A DNA stretch of 60,582 nt, filler included, from Porpidia crustulata (Eukaryota): assembly GCA_964255105.1 (NCBI GenBank). It is 7 parts of 7 records of this genome, joined end to end, with 100 filler letters (N's around TTAATTAATTAA, not from the genome) between each part and the next. Parts side by side here need not be neighbours in the genome. Positions count along the whole stretch, not along the records: positions 8,697 to 17,286 come from CAXUWE010001093.1; positions 17,387 to 25,971 come from CAXUWE010001094.1; 5 more parts are not named here. One strand, given 5' to 3'. Numbering within the stretch: position 1 is the first letter of the stretch; every line of letters starts with the position of its first letter. The notes beneath the pieces are model-generated. The model did no database searches. It was not told where the DNA came from and worked only from the letters and a program-made list of their open reading frames with translations. Both the position numbers and the translations under genes were made by a program. Below are positions 11,576 to 26,071 of this stretch, one piece after another.

Positions 11576-14500
11576 ATGGATGGTTCGAAGGACAAGAGTT
11601 CCCGCCGATATGCATCTGCTGTGGAAAGAGCACTCTCTCTTTTCGATACGACGTTACAAGAATGGGCTGATTATATATCCTTTCTTGGACGTTTACTTAA
11701 GGTAATCATCCATGTCCAATCTAGGAAACAAAGTTGATAAACTTTCGTGAAAGGTGCTTCAAGCTCGACCTGCTGACGCCTCAGACATACCACATAAAAC
11801 GGTCATAGCGAAACGACTGTCACAGTGCCTAAACCCAACGCTGCCTTCTGGTGTACACCAAAAGACGCTAGAGGTATATGCATACATATTTTCTGTCCTC
11901 AAAGTATGTACTTGAAGTTGTGCCGGTGCAATTCTAAGGACTAAAACTGGATGAGTAGAAAGACGGCCTCGCTCGAGACCTGCAATTATATCTCCCCGGA
12001 CTATCGCCAACGTTGTCCTTTGCGTCATTGTCCGTAAAGCCAGCTCTCCTGACAATCTTTGAAACATATTTTCTTGCATTGAAACCGGGAGCTCTGCGCC
12101 CAGCTTTAAAAGCTATTATTCTCGGTCTGCTTCCAGGCCTCGAGGAAGACGCAAGTGAAGAATTTGAGCGTACTCTCAACATTCTTACCAGGTTCAAAGA
12201 CGCTTTAGGGGACCAATATTTCTGGCAATGTCTTTTTCTAGCTTCAATTACCAGCCCCAGCCGACGACAGGGCGCTTTGGCATATCTAACCCGATATCTA
12301 CCACGGCTAAGTCCCGTCCTAAATGCTGACGTAAGTCCAAGACAAATCAATGGCAACGGCGCTGTTCAGTCGAATGGACAAGAACTCTCAGGGGCCATTC
12401 GAGCCGTAGCATCACCCGAGCCAGGCCTTTTTATCCGTTGCTTCGCCACAGGTCTACAAGATGAGCAGCTACTAGTCCAGAGAGGATTTCTAGACCTACT
12501 TGTAACACATCTCCCATTAATGTCTCCTGTGCTCCACCAGAAAGTGTCGCCTGAAGATCTAGAACGACTCATAGCTGCAGCTGCGTCTGTAGTAGCTCGC
12601 AGAGAGATGAATTTGAATAGAAGACTCTGGACATGGTTTCTTGGACCAGAGCCTGTGGCCAACATACGCGATGGATCCCTCAATTCTCCAACGTCTCCAG
12701 GCTCGAATGAAATTATTACCTCTCTACGGAACCTCAAAGATACCCAAGTCGCCCATTTTGAACGATACGGTCTATCACCCTTGGTCTATAGTATCCAGAG
12801 TATGATTGAAAACGGTAATTCAACCCCCTTAGAGAAAGCGCGCCCATTTCGGATTTGCTTGTCTTTGATGGATCGATGGGAGATTGGCGGGCTAGTCGTA
12901 CCGCGTATATTTCTACAGGCAATGGAAAGTGTATGGCGCTACCAAAAGGTCGCTCTATCAAAGGATTCATTCATGGAGGTCCTTCGCAGTGCCAACGTTT
13001 TCTTCGATGGAGTAGAAAGCAGCCTTATCTGGGCAGAAATAACGAAGATCCTTCGCAGTGCTTTCAACAAGTCAGGAGCAGATTATGAAAGAAGGACAGC
13101 GCTAGATAGACTTGACTTAGTGCTCTTCATTATAACGCGTTTCAGCCTCCGTGAAGAAGAAATGCTAATCACTCACATGCCAATCGTGGCCCTTATACTA
13201 CTGGCAGAAGTACGGACTTACCTGAAGAAGCCGCAGCGAGATGACGCGGGAATGGATGAGCTCGTTGTTGCTTCGCTCAAGATTGTCAGTCATCTTCTAG
13301 ATCTGACTCCAGATCGCGCATTCGCCCACACCGAATCTTCTGATTCAGAAACCAAGTATTCCGATGCTTACATTCAGACCCTCGTGGACAGAGCACACAG
13401 TTTCTATGGAGACAACCGGAGCACGAATATCGCCGCACCATATATTAGCGGAAGCATAATCGGCGGCTCACTTCTACATATCGCTATCCAGTCGGTGGTG
13501 GAAGGACTGCGTTCAGAGGGTTGTGTTGTCTACTTGGATTCCGAGCTGTTTATTCTCGACAAGCTAGTTCGCAAAGTGCCCACGAATACAAGCAAAGAGA
13601 CCACATTCTCTGTTCTAATGCAAACTACGACTGAATTTGCTGGTCAAGCAACTGAGAACACTCCATTCTCAGCCATCGCAGCTGTTGTCTCAACTCTTGA
13701 CATTCTATACACTGCAATTCCGCACTTCAGGGGTGATCGTCGGATACGGCAAATTGTCCCCAAACTCATTGAGAGGGCTTGGATCGATCTCTCACCTTCA
13801 AAGCCCAAGTACAATGTTGAGGCGGTTCGTTGTATCTGGCGTATTCACTCCATAATATTCCCAGACAATCAGCTAATTGAGTCTTCTTTGGCAACGCTAG
13901 TGACAAGGGCCCCAGATGACAAAACTCGACCTGGGCTTGAGATTGATTCGGCTCGCCGGTTCACAACTTTATGGGCCCATAGCGGCCAGAAAGAAAGCCT
14001 CATGTTAACCAGGCCGCTGTTGACTCTTCTCGACTCACTGTTTGACACAAAAACCGAAATCTTTCTATTCACTAGTAGCTGGTTGCAGTCTCTCTCAAGT
14101 ATGCAAAGGTAAGTCGAGCCGCAATTTCGTGATTGAACAGGGCTCATACTACTCTAGGATTGTTGATCGCCTCATTTCTCAGCTAAAGAACCTTTCCTGC
14201 TTGACAATTTCAGATCTGTTGGGAACGGGAGAACCTCACGCTGAACCTCGTGATGATGATCATGATCTCGGGGGATGTCTATATTACCTTCAGACTATCT
14301 CTAACTTAATACAGTTTGCGCCTAAACATGTTTGGCCATCATTATTAAATCAAAATCCTAACACGAAAATAGTAATTGCTGACGAAAACGGTCAATCTGC
14401 CTCTCAGAACGAAAGTTTCGCATCAACCAATGTCCAAAACTCACGCACAACTATTCAAGCATATCTATTACGCATCTGCTTGGAGATCCTAGGAGAACAA

Positions 14501-17191
14501 TTTAGACAGCAATACAATTTGGATCCACATATTCAAGTCCTGCGCCAAGCTACAACGTTACTTTTCCAGCAACTATACCTTGGGCCTTCGTTGGCAATCA
14601 TGATAGAACTGAATGTAGAACCTTCCATAATTGAGGCTCTTTCATGGAGTGTCAAACGTGCGGATACATTACTTCAAGTACCGCTCATGGACTTGACCTT
14701 AACGGCTTTGACGACACGTGCAACGATCATAGCCGAGACATCAAAACCGACACATAGGAGGATTTTGTCAGGAGATACCATGAAAAGCTTACCGCGACTC
14801 TCATTATCTACAGACATGAGCGACAAGGATCGTGCGACGTCTTTACCGCCGCCACCTCCTCCTGCACTCTTAGATTGTATCATGCTAGGCTTAAGCTCTG
14901 AAAGCAGCTCTCCAAATATTGAGCACTGGGTTCGTTTCTTAGGCGACTGCCTACCTTTTTATGATGGAAGCGCTTTCCAGATACTAATGCCTTTAGTTGA
15001 TTGTTTCATTAAAGTAATATATAGCATCTTCAGGAGCTTACAGGTCACGTTTGAGGAGCCCGATCGTGAAGTTTCTGGTGTTAGTGAACCTGTCAGCACT
15101 ATAGTGGCCCTTCTCAACGGTCTAGAACAAGCCCTTGCTAGAGCTCACGATCTGTTGATTCAGAATGACATTACTACTACGTTGATAAAGAGCCCTGAGC
15201 AGATCCCAGGCTTCTTTGGAAACATAGTATCCGGTGTCTTCGCATCTAATACAAACAGGTCAAAGACTGCTACAGCCAACAATCGACTCACGGTTTTACT
15301 CTGTTTCAAAGACGCAGTTCAGCTCTGCTTCGAGATCTGGTCATGGGGCAGCAATGTTTCCGGCAATTCACTTCGTGAAACGTCAACCTCAGCTTCTTTT
15401 AATCACACATCTCTACGCGTACGAAATCGCTCACGCCGGATATTAGAACATCTCTTCGCTGCAGAAGCTCTGGAATGCCTCGAGACCCTGATCGAGCTAT
15501 GGCAAAATCCTGACACTAAAGATAGCGAAAGCAGATCCGAGACTGTATTCAATTTACTGCATGTCCTTGATGGATCAAAGCCCAAGAACACTATTCCCGC
15601 AATCTTCAACGCAATGTACAGTCGTACAAACCCCATCGCTTTGGACCCTGCTCGAAAGTCTACCTTGACATCGGACCTGTCAGATGTTGATCTATCTGGG
15701 TTTCTAGTGGCATATACTCGGTCTCTAGAGGATGATGCAATGGATGAAATATGGAATGACTGTACGACTTTTCTACGAGATGTTCTGACAAACCCAATGC
15801 CTCACAGGCAGATATTACCAAAGTTACTGGAGTTCATAGCAATACTAGGTGAGAAGGTGGACAATACCAACTTTGGAGAGCAACGGAGAATGCGACGGGA
15901 GTTAGGGGTAAGCTCCTCGTATGCAACAATATTGCCATCTCCAAACTAATTACTGTAGGAGCTCTTCGCACGTCTACTCTCTGCGACATTTACAATCAAG
16001 CCATTGGGGTTCGCTCTTGAGACTCCAGCCGATAATGAGAATATTTCTACACTATCGCTCAAGCCGCTCGATGTACGCACGCTACCCGCTGCAGACGATA
16101 TTGTTGCAATATTGGCATCAATCATACCTAATATTCACAAAATCTTGATTGACACTGATAGGGTAGCAGCTACCGCAAGTATCATTTCCTTGCAAGTAAT
16201 CACACCTACAATTCGCTGGAAGACTTATCCTCGAAATGTGACAGAAGGGACGCTTGATATCCTTTTTGCGATGTCGAGAGTACCTGAGGCATTCAAAGTC
16301 TGGAAGAAAGACATCGCAGAGGCCTTCAACGATCCCCGGTTCTTCTGCGGCAGTTCCTTGAGTCTGGCCAAGCAGGGCTGGCTTCCAGTACTGCGGCAGT
16401 GGACGATGATTGACAAGGATCGTATACCAGATTACTTGTCAAGATTATCAATACCAACATCGGCAGGTATCATGTTCGGCGTCGGAGCCAGCTCCGCTCG
16501 TCTAGAGGCAGATCGCAAAGCGCAGCTCAACCTGAGGAGGATGGCTACGCTGACGCTTGCTGCTGCGGATGACGCCTTCGTCGTTAATCTTACGGGCATC
16601 CAGGATAAAGTCGTCGAGATCTTGACGTCAACTGCCGCTTCCTCGCCTTCTTCAACCACAAGAGCCGAAGTCTTCATGCTGCTCCGAGCGCTGGTGGTGA
16701 AAACGTCGGCTGTGCACTTAGTATCATTCTGGCCCATCATAAGCTCGGAGTTAGATGACGCGATATCTTCCCTGCTACCAGACCACGACACCCAGGTTTA
16801 CAACGCCTACTCCATCGTCCAGGCCTGCAAGCTCCTCGACACAATTCTCACCACCGCACCCGACGACTTCCAGCTGCGCGAATGGCTCTTCATCACCGAC
16901 ACCATCGACGCCGTGTATCGTCCCGCGGTCTGGACGCCCGCCGCCCTGGTAGACAAATTGGCCGAAGACCTCGGCTCCAAGGCCCAGGTCAGACCGGGCG
17001 CGAGGCCATCTCTCGCGTCGATCCGGGCAAAGGATATGTCCAAGGAGGATTTGGTCAGCTCGCTGCTGCCGTGTTTTCGCCAGTTGAGCATCAATTCGTT
17101 CGAGAGTACGTATCGGATGGAAGCGCCGGATTGGAAGGGGTGCTATGATGATTTACTGGTGGACTTGTTCGATGATGAGACGCTTGTTTGA
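11576..17191 (+). CDS. DOP1: Dopey protein (Dop1/DopA)
   Basis: Spliced N-terminus RRYASAVERALSLFDTTLQEWADYISFLGRLLK / IAKRLSQCLNPTLPSGVHQKTLEVY is the Dopey_N domain. Also RREMNLNRRLWTWFLGP and C-terminal DDFQLREWLFITD. At least 4 introns; an upstream exon is possible. Confidence 0.95.
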
Positions 17192-17286
17192 GATAGATAC
17201 CCTTTGACAGATGAAGAAATCCGTCTTGAGCAACAATACCTTACATGTAATATCGGTGAATTTGATGTCGCAATATCGCCCCTTCC

Positions 17287-17386
17287 NNNNNNNNNNNNNN
17301 NNNNNNNNNNNNNNNNNNNNNNNNNNNNNNTTAATTAATTAANNNNNNNNNNNNNNNNNNNNNNNNNNNNNNNNNNNNNNNNNNNN
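17287..17386. other. Artificial contig linker
   Basis: N44-TTAATTAATTAA-N44. Confidence 0.99.
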
Positions 17387-17697
17387 GTTTCCAGGTGGTT
17401 AGGGAGGATCTATCCAAGGCAATGGATAAATGGAGCCATTTCGAGCAATCTGGACATACGCGGATCTCTGATATTCAAGCTTGGCGGGGACTGACTTGGC
17501 GACTGGGAGGATGGAACCTCGAGGTCAAATGGAAACTGTGCAGCCGTACAATAGCGCAATGTAATTTTCCCTGCACAGCGAATCACTGCCGCATCGGCCT
17601 GCAGGCCTATCTCGAGCCTGGAGGACAAACGCAATGGTACATAGACCCTCAACCATGCGCTCCCTTCCAGTCTATTCTGCTTCTCCCTTCCACTGAT

Positions 17698-19106
17698 TTA
17701 GTAATAGAAATTCTCCTCTGGCACCCTCCCCCTCATAAACTCCGGCTCGCTCCCCCTGACATAGATATCCTCGAACAAATTCCTGTCCGTCGCCTCCGGT
17801 GCCGCCATCTTCTCCGCCTCCGCCACCTCTCCGTCCACATACGCCCTCGCCTCCTTGTCGATACCCTTGAGCTCCTCCTCGGACGTGACCTCCCAGTCCA
17901 GCAGTTTCTGCTTCAGGCCGGCAATGGGGTCGTTGGTGGAACGCATGCGCTGGATCTCTTCGCGCGTGCGGTAGGTCGTACCGGGGTCCGACATGGAGTG
18001 GCCGCCGTAGCGGTAGGTGACGTATTCGAGGACGAGGGGGCCATTGCCGGCGGCGGTGTAGGATTTGGAGTATTCAACGGCGGCTTTGACGGCGAGGATG
18101 TCCATGCCGTTAATTTTTAGGCCCGGAATGTATTGACCACGCTTGTAGTATTCGGTGAGCGCGGCGGCGCGGTTGGCGGCCGTTCCCATGCCGTATTTGT
18201 TATCTTTTTGAGAAGTAATGTTAGATAAATTGACTACGGTGGGGTAACGGGGGCGTGGTTTACGCACTTTCACAGCCAAATAGGATAGGCAAATTCCAGA
18301 GCTTAGCCATATTAAAGGCTTCGAACACTTGGCCTTGGTTGCTGGCGCCATCACCGTACAGGCAGATGGTCGCATTCTGTTTTCCCATGTATTGATTTGC
18401 GAAAGCGAGGCCAGCACCCACAGGTACTTGAGCGCCCACGATGCCGTTACCGCCGTAAAACCCTTTGGCAAACATATGCATAGAGCCACCCTTCCCGTAG
18501 GCAATTCCTTCTCTCCGTCCCAATAGCTCACCGATGATGGATTTGACGGTACCGCCTCGCATCAGGGCGAAGCCATGACATCGATATGCTGTTATGACAT
18601 GGTCTTCTTTGGTAATCGCATGTTCAATACCAGCTGCGACGGCTTCTTGGCCAGTGGAGAGATGGCAAAACCCTCGAATTTTCTTCTCTTTGTAGAGGCG
18701 GTCGGCAGCCATTTCCATTCGTCTAGAGAGAATCAATTAGTTTTACAATCAATTTCCTGGGGCATAGCGACTCTACCTTATCCGAACCATATCGGAGTAC
18801 ATCCGCTTCAGCTCTCTCTTTGTGGTATGGAGGAAGTATGGTGGAGGATCGAGCTCATAGGTTTCAAAGCTCTCATCAGAGAGCCTGACCTCGAAAGGTT
18901 TGTCGTCCTCCTTGATTGCGTAGAATTAGTTATTTTTGAGCCAATCTATTCAGCCATTACCGGAGACTTACCGCGGGTACGTTCTTCTTGTCAGCATGAG
19001 ATGAGGCTGCATCAGTGGTGACTCTGCGTTTCGATGTGCGGAGAGGAGTAAAGACATTCCGCTTCAGCGGCAGAGCACGGCTGGTCCTCAGAGCTCTACT
19101 GATCAT
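17698..19106 (-). CDS. PDA1: Pyruvate dehydrogenase E1 alpha subunit, mitochondrial
   Basis: Arg-rich presequence [48 protein letters not shown] motif [23 protein letters not shown]; three introns. Confidence 0.97.
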
Positions 19107-19322
19107 GGTGACTGACTGCTGTGAGATGTATGAAAAGAGCTTGCAGAGCTCCGGGTCTCACGAACAATTGTCAGGTATCCTAATTGACGCTAATGTTAAA
19201 GCTAGGCTTAAAAAGGGCTTGGCGAAAACCCTGCAAATCTGTTGTTGGGAGCTGTTCGGCCATTTCGGTCATCGAAGTCTGATACCTCAGTACAGCAATG
19301 TATAGCTGGGCATGAAGCTTCA

Positions 19323-19694
19323 CTACTGCAAAAAATCGATACTCTCCAACACCAAAGCCCCTGCGCAAACAGCATGAGCTATCAGATGTACCCACGGCCC
19401 TCTCAATCCCCTTTGACCACTCCCCTCTCCATCCCAAATTTTAAACCCAGCTCTCCATAACGGTCCAAAGTGATACAATGCTAGTGCCCCCGCAGTCTTT
19501 CTCGATGTCGAATCTGGAAGTTTGAAAAGGAAGACCAATGCGATAAGATTGGACGTCATGAGCAACAGAGCGTATTGGCGGATGATCGCATGAGCGAAGG
19601 GCTGCTCGACGGCGAGGGTCGCGGAGGGGTGGAGGAAAAAGTTGATGGCGGCCGGGAGCTCGATGACGATATGGATGAGAAATGGGATGATCAT
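19323..19694 (-). CDS. Small hypothetical integral membrane protein (123 aa)
   Basis: Single-exon ATG-started ORF with about four hydrophobic segments. Motifs IIRQYALLL, GALALYH and GPWVH look like a conserved fungal hypothetical family. Confidence 0.65.
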   Translation of the reverse strand: MIIPFLIHIVIELPAAINFFLHPSATLAVEQPFAHAIIRQYALLLMTSNLIALVFLFKLPDSTSRKTAGALALYHFGPLWRAGFKIWDGEGSGQRGLRGPWVHLIAHAVCAGALVLESIDFLQ

Positions 19695-22600
19695 GGATCA
19701 TGGGATCCGTAGTGGGACTGTGTAGGGTTTCCGTCGGGTCGATGATGTTGGAAGTAAAGGTATCAAGGATTCACGACTTTGATATATTCGTTTAGCACAC
19801 GTTCAAACTTCACATGGCATCCTCCAAAAATTTCAATCGATATACTCAACAGTTATACTTAGCAGGTTCCATCTATATAAAATACAGAATTTCATCTAGA
19901 TTTCTTTGGAACCTAGGTATACCTTCGGGGAAATCTCTCCGTAAGAGACAAAGAGAATGATGCTGAGGGTCAGGTATCAGGTGTTGCAACGAGGCTTCTA
20001 ATTGTAGAGATTGTTATATTCTCAACGTAGGAGGGCCAGGAATGACCTGTGCAGTGCAGCGCTCACATGGCATCCTTTGCAACTGAAAAGCTACAATATT
20101 TTTAGATGCAGTTAGCTGGAATTCACAGATAATCCGTCACACTTAAAGATTGATCCGGAGAAGCATGAGACCTCGTAATTATGTAGCGAACGTGTTTACA
20201 ACGTAGCCCGTGGCCTGACCCTAAAAGCGTCTTGAATGATTGCTTGCGCACCACTTCGCCAATGGGCTGGCAGGAAGATCTGGATTGCAGAGACTGGCCG
20301 GGAAAGCCGTCCAAGGCCTTTGGGTCAGGCTTCTCTTCTAGTCAAGCTGGTCGCTGGATCTTGGGCTTACAGTGATCTCACTAGTTTCGACAAGCTATAT
20401 CACGGATTGGAATTATGATGAGCGCACACACAATGAAAAGTTCGCATGCTCGGTTCAAGGGTAGTATAGGTTGAGTGTTGGCATTATCCTTTGGGCCGTG
20501 GCTTGGAAGATCAAGCACAATCTCGTGAGTCTTGATCCAATTTGAAAAGCCGCAATGAGGCCATGCTGGCTTGGTAGATTCGTATAATGGAGGCTATCCT
20601 CGATTCCATTCATGACTCAAGAGTGTATGTCCGATAACGAATTGAGCCGAGCTACCATCATATAGGAAGATTCAATCATCATTTCCGTCCAGAGTTTGCA
20701 GCGATTCAATGCATTTAGGAGGGATAACTGAATAGGGTTGTTGGAATCTCTGGGTTTTGCTTCATGGTCTGTAAGGCTGCCACCTGGATTATTCTGGCGC
20801 TCTTTATAGTACCTATTCAATTATTGTCCGACAATTTTGTTCCCAGTAGGAAAAAGTTTTCACCACGCCTCATGACCATGACGCTTTGGATAGAGCAAAG
20901 CACGCATCGGAGTGAGCACTATCCCTATACTACTCCGTACAGCAAAGCAATCGCTGAATCCATAGGCTACAGCTTTCGGAAACCTAGTAAACCTTCAACG
21001 GTAATCGCGGGATGTTCGATTGTAAAGCTGTGTCGATGAGCGAGTCAGGATTGGATCCGTTGATCCGGGAGTGGCTATTATCAGTTCGATGACTGTTTCC
21101 TGGGCAGCAGAACAACTCATGTATAGTATGGATGCACCTCTGTCACTCGCTAGTCTTCCGTTTCCCCCTTCTGCAAGATGGAAATTTGTGAACTCCGGAT
21201 TTGGCGATATTAGAAATACGGTAGGACCCTGAGTTCAATAAGATTCAGCATAAGACGCAGGTACTGAGGGTCTTAGCAACAAGTTACTCGAGTTTAGAAA
21301 GTGCTCTGATGCTTGTGTATTTGAGGACTTGCAAGAAAAACCAGGGCACATTATGATGAGATTAATTCCGAAATCAAAACGATTGTGACACGAAGCCCCT
21401 AAGAAAACTATCCCACGTTATCTTCCTGTCATTGGCTGGACTCGAATGCATGGGGGCCACTACCTGCCAAGTCTTGCGCTTGGGGCCTCGACCTGATGCG
21501 AATCTGCTGCCTCTGATTCGTAAAACCAGTGACGGATCGTGATAATGCAGGCTGAAAAATTTCCCGACACGCAGGTTTGACAGCTGCATGGCATGGAACC
21601 GAGAACAGGGCAAGTCCTCCTAATTCCCCAATCGAGTTGCTATTGCATTATCTAGCGTTTTTCAGATTTGCGGGGTGATATCTCGGGCTACGATCAAATC
21701 GCGACGTGTTGTAGTTGAGAAAATTGCTGGTGCGAAATGGAGTGGGACATATGCGCACGGTGACAGGATGATGCTAGCTGGCCGACCCAATGTGAAAGGT
21801 AAATGCCTGACTTTGTAATCAGGATTTCTCGATGCCTTGATTCCTCTAATTCCGGTCGGGCTTTTCAGAAAACACACAATGCTTCCTGTGATACGGTGGC
21901 ATTAGATGCCATGGATAGCCTAAATAGCCTGGCCATTCGCCTTATTGCCTTCTTCGAATGGAAACTAGGGTGCCCGGGGCAGATCAAATCGTGATGGATG
22001 GATCGCCAGCAGCTAGGAAGTAGCATGAGCGTACGGCAATTGTTTTTTATGGTAGCACACCCTGTAGATTATCGGGCAATGTGGAATGAGCTGATGGCGA
22101 TAACGTAACCTATATGGACTCTGTGAGTCTAAGAAACTAAATTGTTTATGACGATGGTAATAGGACAGGATGGACTGTTCAAGACCGGAGCTGCTAGTTC
22201 CTGGCGAAAAGGGCAATGTGGCTTCTGTGTCAAGGCTTTGTCCAGACTGGAGTTCCCGGTTTTGGTGATATCCTTAACGCACGCAATGGATTAATGGGGA
22301 TGTGGGCGTTACCAACCTCAGTCAAAGTGTCGACAGAGCGCGACGCCGTTGCGGGTGTTCCATTCTTCAAGTAGTATATGATCAGCTTGATAGTAGTACG
22401 AATGTATAGGCTGAATCCATTATGAATCCTAAAAGCTTGTTCTAGGTACGGGTCGAGCATATGTAGGACCAGCGTGCCAGCCCTCAACCCGTGACCGATC
22501 TGCGCACATTCCAGGCTTCGTGGCTTCCTGGTGATCCGGACTATCGAAGCACGACTGTGATGATCCGACTTGTTGTGAGGTCAGTCCATTTATCCCGTCC

Positions 22601-23772
22601 TAATTAATATCAAATATATTTGCAATAACTGCGCATGAAAGGCCTTCGATAATTGGCCGCTTGGATCTTCGATAGGCCTCCATTTTGCTACAGCCTCTTG
22701 GGTTGTGTATCTGATAGAGTAGCTGCATTGCCATCCTAGTCCAACTTTGCATGAAACCCGGATTCGAGCATGAAGCTTCCAAGCTTACGACGTCAGCTTC
22801 GGTTCAAAACGGCTTGACATGGGTTTTCCATTGCCCTTGTTTCAAAACAAACTTGATGATGCTTCGAGAAAACAGAGGATCCATTGACACAGTAGAGAGA
22901 GTCATCATACCGCGTCTCAGGAATTTCCTGAAGAATTACTATGTAGGTACGACTGCTTGACAGTTCCCGGGCAGGCAACGGATAAGGTATCCAATCTAAT
23001 GTGGACAGCTAGCCTCTAGGAAAGTAAAGGTAGGTAGGTATGCTTCAACATACCACATTAGCTTCAGCCCTTGGCCAAAAGTTGCTCACGATCCGTCTGT
23101 TTGGCTTTCATTAGCAGGAAACCGTCTCTCGATCTCTGTTTCCTGCCTCCTAGCGTGACAGGAGGCGAGGTCTAAAATAACGGGCCATAGGTACCGGTCA
23201 GCGAGCGCCACGGTTAGAGTACTCTACAGGTAATTCGTGGATCTCCCTCAAGCAATGGACGTCTGTGGGTGTCTTGGAGGTAGATAATTAGATAGGTAAG
23301 AAGATAGAAATCTATTCAGCGGCCCCCCCAATGGTCCCACGGTGTTTGTTCCGTTGGCAACCCCAATTCGTCCAGTCAAAGACCTCGAGGGTAAGGTAGT
23401 TTGGCGACGATCCCCCATTGGCGTACCGTTTATGGCATGCTCTTACCATCTGCACGACCTGCTTCCACTTCCCACTCTTTACACCTCCTTCTTGCTCCAC
23501 ATCGACTCTCCGATCCTGCAAGTTTCGAAGCTATCGAATGGCATGCAGCTCGCTCGTCATCTCCACATCTTTTCTCATTTAGCCCCACGGGAAATCTGTC
23601 GCTTGGCCTCATGTCCTCTAAGTCGTTGTCGCCCATTGTGTTTCTTACCGCTCCCTACTACAAATCAATTTTTGTTGACCAGAAATACAAATGCCGGCGA
23701 CGATGACAGTTCCTGGGTGACAAGTCTTGCTCTCCCTATCACACTTCGTTCGCCCAGCCCTATTGATTGCTA

Positions 23773-25241
23773 ATGTCCGGGAGACACCCGCCGTCAACAC
23801 AAGCAGAGAGGAGAGAAAGAACATACCCAACATCGCACCCTCCAGGACACGCTATGGCGGCCACACAAGTAGTACCAATCGGGCCCCACATACTTCCTCC
23901 GCCCTCAATCTTACCAAGACCCGATCCATGGCATCCCCCTCATCAATCTCAACCATTGTTCACTCCAGACCCTGCCTTGACCTGGCCTCGATTTCACGGC
24001 CATCAACTCCAGGAATATCCTATCCATTCCTCACCACAGTCATATCATCAACCACCGCCCCAGCTACCCAGACCAACGCAGCAGCCTGTACCACCCTTGG
24101 ATCAGCTTCTTCAACGGACCCCGTATCACTCTGGAAGCAGTGGGTCCTCGTATGCGGCTTCTTACCAACAGCAAGACTCTCGACGACATGAGCAGCCACC
24201 GGACTTGGTTCACCATGCTCATTCCGAGCCATCAGCCATGCAACACTCGATGGCGCATGCACCATTCGAGACTACAAGACAGCCATCCTCAAGAGACGAA
24301 GCGAGATCGAGCACGAGGGCGTTGCCGTCACCAAGCCGCCAGCAGCTTCATCGAGGCTCGATAGGTTCACAACACAGCTCTACTACCTCATCTAGTGGTT
24401 ATGGTGGGGCCCAAGCACAGTCTACACCACCCGGCGCACTTACACTTCCAGTACAGGGTTCTCAAGACATGTGAGCCATTCAAACGGTCATCTACGCTCA
24501 TAAGCTAAGATCACTGACTTTTCCTGTAGGACCAATCGCTATAGAATGCTCATTCGTCAGCAGCCTATTGCTGCTCGTGCTTGCGGATTTGGCGAGCGTG
24601 ATCGCCGCGTTATTGATCCTCCCATCATTGTCCAAGTCACTCTCGCAAACTTCGACCCAACATCTGCCTCCGATCTTGCTGAGCTTCGTTACCCAAAGGT
24701 GATACAGTGCGGGCTTAAATCTATTCCGTGGGGTACAGACGTCACGGCCGTCTCAGATCCCAGCAATGCTAATAAAGTAAGCCGCCGTTTGATGGGGTCT
24801 CTTGTTGCCTCGTCTATGGTGTGTACCGATCCCGACGCCCCACCTTCGAACAATCCGAACGCAAGACTTGGCTGCTTTTTCGTTATTCACGATCTTTCAT
24901 GCCGCCAGAACGGCCTCTACAAGCTTCATTTTTCATTGATGAAAATCGACATAGAAGGGCTGGCTATGGGCGGTCGCATACCCATTTTAGGAACACTCGA
25001 AAGCGATGTCTTCGAGGTTTTCAGCGCCAAAGACTTCCCTGGAACACGAGCCAGCACGGCCCTGACCAAAGCACTAAAGAACCAAGGCTCTGCCGTGAGT
25101 GTAAAGAAGGGCTACGACGGAAAGGTCGGTAAGAAAGGACGAAAACGAGGAAGCGGCGAGAGCGAGGAGAGCGGTAGCGACGGGGACGACACCAGTGCCA
25201 AAGACTTGACGGCCGCTCAAAAACAGAAACGGGGTGAATGA
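23773..25241 (+). CDS. Velvet-domain transcription factor, VelC-like (C-terminal velvet domain)
   Basis: Velvet motif RQQPIAARACGFGERDRRVIDPP, plus RRLMGSLVAS, FFVIHDLSCRQNGLYKLHFSL and SDVFEVFSAKDFPG. A Pro/Gln/His-rich first exon is joined by intron 24471-24529. Start is at 23773 or 23854. Confidence 0.88.
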
Positions 25242-25971
25242 TCTCGAATTGGTGAGACTGGCCGTGGCAGCCTAGATCCTGCAGCTCTTCCGCGTTGCTG
25301 CCGATCTTGATCGTCAACAGTTGTCGATCCTCGTTCCGTCATGCAGCTAGATATCACCGAATCGCTTTGGCCGTCTTTCGCCGGCGATAATCTCGTGATG
25401 GCTCCCCATCAAACGCTGCGGACTCTCGCATGAGGCAAGCACTCCGCACTTCCTTATCAAGGCAAAACAGAGCCCTTGACACTTCGAACCCCAGGCGCGG
25501 GTACTTGCGTATCGCCGAGGTATCTCCGCGTCGATGAGCACCAAGGCTTGCGTTCACGTCCCGCCACAAAGGAGCCAGTAGCACGGCAAAAGTCGCTTGG
25601 TTTCGGCAGGCATTGGATTCTCGATTGGGAAGAGATGAAAAATCTATGAACAAGATGATGAGATCATCCCTTGCGTCGTCTGACGAAATATCCCCAAGCT
25701 GACAGGTAGTGAATAGACTCATAGAATAGACGAAACGAAATTTACATATCGTGGTTCTCGATGCTGCAAAAATCTACTTTGGAGCGCTCTCATGATATAA
25801 ATTGCCTGTGCTCGCCGTACCTCACTGGTCCCATGGATATGCGTTTCCCAACGCCTCATACTACACTCGGACTCAAGCTATCGCGTCCAGTCCCGATAGC
25901 GCTTATAGACACACACACACTATCGGAGATTCCATTTCATTATTTTAGACTACCCATCTATCTATCAATCC

Positions 25972-26071
25972 NNNNNNNNNNNNNNNNNNNNNNNNNNNNN
26001 NNNNNNNNNNNNNNNTTAATTAATTAANNNNNNNNNNNNNNNNNNNNNNNNNNNNNNNNNNNNNNNNNNNN
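25972..26071. other. Artificial contig linker
   Basis: N44-TTAATTAATTAA-N44. Confidence 0.99.

Noticed and set aside
25354..25722. 122-aa minus-strand ORF downstream of the velvet gene
   Set aside because: No motifs or splice support recognised.
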